Source of the DNA: Patescibacteria group bacterium
Lineage (GTDB): Bacteria; Patescibacteriota; Patescibacteriia; UBA10025; JBIOWE01
NCBI GenBank assembly: GCA_044868145.1
Contig: JBIOWE010000006.1
Location: 78,558-142,557, forward strand
Length of the DNA: 64,000 bases
Direction: 5' to 3'
The notes beneath the pieces are model-generated. The model worked only from the letters and a program-made list of their open reading frames with translations. It did no database searches and was not told where the DNA came from. The translations under genes were made by a program, and so were the position numbers. Below, one piece after another: positions 61,473 to 64,000 of this stretch. Every line of letters begins with the position of its first letter. Positions within the stretch are counted from its first letter, which is position 1.

Positions 61473-62144
61473 ATGGCGTTTCTCGCGTTGCAGAACGTTT
61501 CTAAGGTGTATGATGTTGGCAAGCCGAATGAATACCGGGCTCTTCAGGGTGTTACCCTCGAGATTAATCGAGGCGAATTTGTCGCGGTGATGGGAGTGTC
61601 GGGATCCGGCAAATCAACGCTCATGCATATCCTTGGTTGCCTGGATAAGCCCACATCTGGCTCATTCGTCTTGGACGGTGAGAACGTGAGCGAGAAAAAA
61701 GCAAAAGACCTTGTCATGATCCGACGTAAAAAAATCGGATTTATTTTTCAAACATTTAATCTTTTGCCGAGATTATCGTCATTGGCGAACATTGAACTTC
61801 CTCTTATTTACAATCGCGTGCCGTCCACTGAGCGCAAGCAGCGAAGCTTGGCAATGTTGGACAGGGTTGGCTTAAAAGAACGCAGTCAGCACAAGCCCTC
61901 AGAACTTTCTGGCGGAGAACAGCAGCGCGTTGCAATCGCACGAGCGCTCGTGAACAACCCGTCTGTTATCCTTGCCGACGAACCAACCGGTAACCTTGAC
62001 ACAAAAAGCGGGGGAGAGATTATGACCATCCTTGAGAAGCTCAATCGTACAGGTACAACCATCATTGTCGTAACCCATGACCCGGCTATCGCTTCGCGCG
62101 CAAAAAGAACCATACGCATTCAGGACGGCGCTATTCTTACCTAA
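61473..62144 (+). CDS. ABC transporter ATP-binding protein (MacB/LolD-like)
   Basis: Walker A GVSGSGKST, signature [15 protein letters not shown], Walker [12 protein letters not shown]. Confidence 0.92.
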   Translation: MAFLALQNVSKVYDVGKPNEYRALQGVTLEINRGEFVAVMGVSGSGKSTLMHILGCLDKPTSGSFVLDGENVSEKKAKDLVMIRRKKIGFIFQTFNLLPRLSSLANIELPLIYNRVPSTERKQRSLAMLDRVGLKERSQHKPSELSGGEQQRVAIARALVNNPSVILADEPTGNLDTKSGGEIMTILEKLNRTGTTIIVVTHDPAIASRAKRTIRIQDGAILT

Positions 62145-62155
62145 CCCATTCTTTT

Positions 62156-63373
62156 ATGATACTGGAAAATATAAAGCTCGCACTCCTCGCCATTTGGACG
62201 AAAAAACTTCGTTCGTTTCTGACGATGCTCGGTGTGCTCATAGGTGTTTTTTCCATCACAACCCTGCTTGGTATTGGTCAAGGCGTCAAACAATCGGTTA
62301 CGCAAGAGGTGCAAGATTTCGGAACGAATCTGCTTTTTATCTTGCCGGGCCAACTCGTTGGCTCTGGCGGCGGCTTTAACCCATCGGCTTCAGTCGGCGC
62401 GTCGACCCTTACACAACAGGATATCGATACTCTTCGAACGTTGCCCGACGTCGAAGCGGTATCTCCGATTTCTCTGGCGTCCGGCCTACTGAAAGCCGAC
62501 GGCAGGTCCGAGAGTGGCCTTTTGGTCTTGGGTACGACGTCGGAAAACGATGAGATTCGCAATTTGGAGGTTATACAGGGAAGATTCATCGAACCAGATG
62601 ATGAAACAAAAAAGGCTCGCATTGTCGTGTTGGGCAGCGGAGCCGCCACGGCGCTTTTTCCCGATACCGCCGAACTTGCAGGAAAAACGATTACGTTCAG
62701 GAATGAAAGTTTTACCGTGATCGGGCTTCTGAAACAAACGGTTTCTAATGCCTCGTTCAGTGGCCCCAACTTTGATACAGCCGCCTACTTCCCGTTTTCA
62801 ACACTCGCTGACGTTACGGGTTCTTCCCAAATATTCCGCATTGCCGCCAAGGTACGATCCGCTGATCGGGTTGAAGCCGCCAAGGAGACAGTGAAACAAA
62901 CGATGTTGGCCAACCATGGAGGTGAAGAGGACTTCACAGTTTTAACGCAGGACGATCTTCTGAAAGTGTTTAATAGTATTCTTGGCGTTCTCACGGCGAT
63001 GGTGTCGGCAATTGCCGGCATCTCCTTAGTTGTCGGAGGTATTGGCATTATGAATACCATTCTTGTGGCAGTGACCGAGCGAACACGGGAAATCGGACTA
63101 CGCAAAGCTCTTGGTGCGTCTTCGGCAGACATTTTTGTCCAGTTTCTGACCGAAGCGGTTGTTCTCGGTATTTTTGGTGGGGTTGCCGGCATCGCGCTTG
63201 CTATTGTTGTCGGTATTGTCGTAAAGGCCCAAACGCCGCTTTCCATTGTCTTGAGTCCAACGTATATCGTCCTCGCAATCGCATTCTCCGTTGTGGTGGG
63301 TGTGCTGTTTGGCGTGCTCCCGGCCATCCGCGCGTCTCGACTGAACCCGATTGATGCGCTAAAATACGAGTAA
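62156..63373 (+). CDS. ABC transporter permease, FtsX/MacB-like (4 TM + large periplasmic domain)
   Basis: N-terminal TM, periplasmic domain, C-terminal 3 TM with FtsX-family signature (REIGLRKALGAS). Confidence 0.88.
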   Translation: MILENIKLALLAIWTKKLRSFLTMLGVLIGVFSITTLLGIGQGVKQSVTQEVQDFGTNLLFILPGQLVGSGGGFNPSASVGASTLTQQDIDTLRTLPDVEAVSPISLASGLLKADGRSESGLLVLGTTSENDEIRNLEVIQGRFIEPDDETKKARIVVLGSGAATALFPDTAELAGKTITFRNESFTVIGLLKQTVSNASFSGPNFDTAAYFPFSTLADVTGSSQIFRIAAKVRSADRVEAAKETVKQTMLANHGGEEDFTVLTQDDLLKVFNSILGVLTAMVSAIAGISLVVGGIGIMNTILVAVTERTREIGLRKALGASSADIFVQFLTEAVVLGIFGGVAGIALAIVVGIVVKAQTPLSIVLSPTYIVLAIAFSVVVGVLFGVLPAIRASRLNPIDALKYE

Positions 63374-63378
63374 GGGCA

Positions 63379-64000
63379 ATGATTCAATTCAAAAACGTTT
63401 CAAAAATCTATCCTCCAGACACGTACGCGCTACGTAACGTAAGCGTTGATATCGCGTCGGGCGAATTTGTTTCCGTTGTGGGTCAGTCGGGGACCGGTAA
63501 AACGACCTTCGTTAAGCTTGTTATTGCCGAAGAACGCCCCACAAAGGGCCGCGTCGTTATTGGCGACTGGGATATTACAGATATTCAACCAAAGGAAATA
63601 CCCATTCTCCGGCGACAGATCGGGGTTGTGTATCAGGATTTTAAGCTCTTGCAAAAAAAGACCGTTTACGAGAACGTGGCGTTTGCGCTTGAGGTGACGT
63701 TTGCGGACTCTGAAAAAACCAAGAACATCGTTCCCCAGGTGTTGAAAATCGTCGGTTTAGAGAATAAGGCGCAACGATTCCCGACCCAGCTGTCCGGCGG
63801 CGAGCAGCAACGCGTGTCCATTGCGCGGGCGCTCGTGCATCGGCCGAAGATTCTCGTGGCGGACGAGCCGACGGGCAACCTTGATTCCATTAATTCGCAA
63901 GAAATCGTCAATCTCCTGCGTAAAATTAATGAGTTCGGCACGACCGTTGTGCTCGTAACCCACAATCGGGAAATCGTGAATGCGCTTCGCAAGCGCGTTA
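63379..64000 (+). CDS. ftsE: cell-division ATP-binding protein FtsE-like, 3'-truncated at window edge
   Basis: [18 protein letters not shown]; Walker [10 protein letters not shown]; [15 protein letters not shown]. Confidence 0.8.
   Translation, partial: MIQFKNVSKIYPPDTYALRNVSVDIASGEFVSVVGQSGTGKTTFVKLVIAEERPTKGRVVIGDWDITDIQPKEIPILRRQIGVVYQDFKLLQKKTVYENVAFALEVTFADSEKTKNIVPQVLKIVGLENKAQRFPTQLSGGEQQRVSIARALVHRPKILVADEPTGNLDSINSQEIVNLLRKINEFGTTVVLVTHNREIVNALRKRV

Noticed and set aside
62278-63387. 163-aa and 200-aa minus-strand ORFs
   Set aside because: Antisense to the FtsX-like permease gene; proline/serine/threonine-rich translations typical of GC-rich shadow frames.

Overview
The window is a 64-kb chromosomal segment of a bacterium using the standard genetic code (TGA works as a stop codon) and frequent AAGGAGG-type Shine-Dalgarno sites. 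Several proteins are short (ATP synthase delta 132 aa, EF-Ts 194 aa) and housekeeping operons are broken up. That is consistent with a reduced genome (possibly CPR/Patescibacteria-like), but the lineage cannot be proven from sequence alone. Recognisable content, in order along the window: F1F0 ATP synthase (atpF' HAGDC); two tandem beta-carbonic-anhydrase-like paralogs; a small VRR-NUC/PD-(D/E)xK nuclease next to a UvrD/PcrA-type helicase with a C-terminal AddB/Cas4-like Fe-S nuclease; a DUF721 protein; pheS-pheT-gyrB; secE-nusG-rplK-[321-aa internally duplicated membrane protein]-rplA; a GDPD phosphodiesterase; thyX (fused two-domain)-tmk; a sigma-70; gatB; carA-carB with a leader attenuator; minus-strand metallophosphoesterase-hicA-hicB-miaA; a response regulator; minus-strand thrS-hypothetical-dnaE; a SEDS (FtsW/RodA) protein; L25; two DUF3048 paralogs; an SPFH protein; minus-strand prmC-prfA-rpmE; rpsB-tsf-TPR protein; a tRNA cluster (Thr-GGT, Tyr-GTA, Thr-TGT, a tRNA-Thr 3' fragment, rpmG, and a nested/split tRNA-Trp locus); a cupredoxin; msrA-[HExxH metalloprotease + hypothetical]-msrB; ftsB; a PpiC-type isomerase; minus-strand tRNA-Thr(CGT); a GIY-YIG nuclease cassette flanked by 16-nt direct repeats; tRNA-Gly(CCC) with a facing degenerate half-copy; an RlpA/DD-carboxypeptidase fusion; and a MacB-like ABC pair followed by ftsE. 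No rRNA or CRISPR array was seen. The most unusual sequence-level observations: an intact tRNA-Trp embedded between the two halves of a second, split tRNA-Trp-like gene with flanking inverted repeats; a small GIY-YIG endonuclease-like gene bracketed by direct repeats between tRNA genes; a conserved two-part upstream motif shared by the secE and gatB promoters; a candidate structured ncRNA downstream of thrS; and the tandem beta-CA-like pair.
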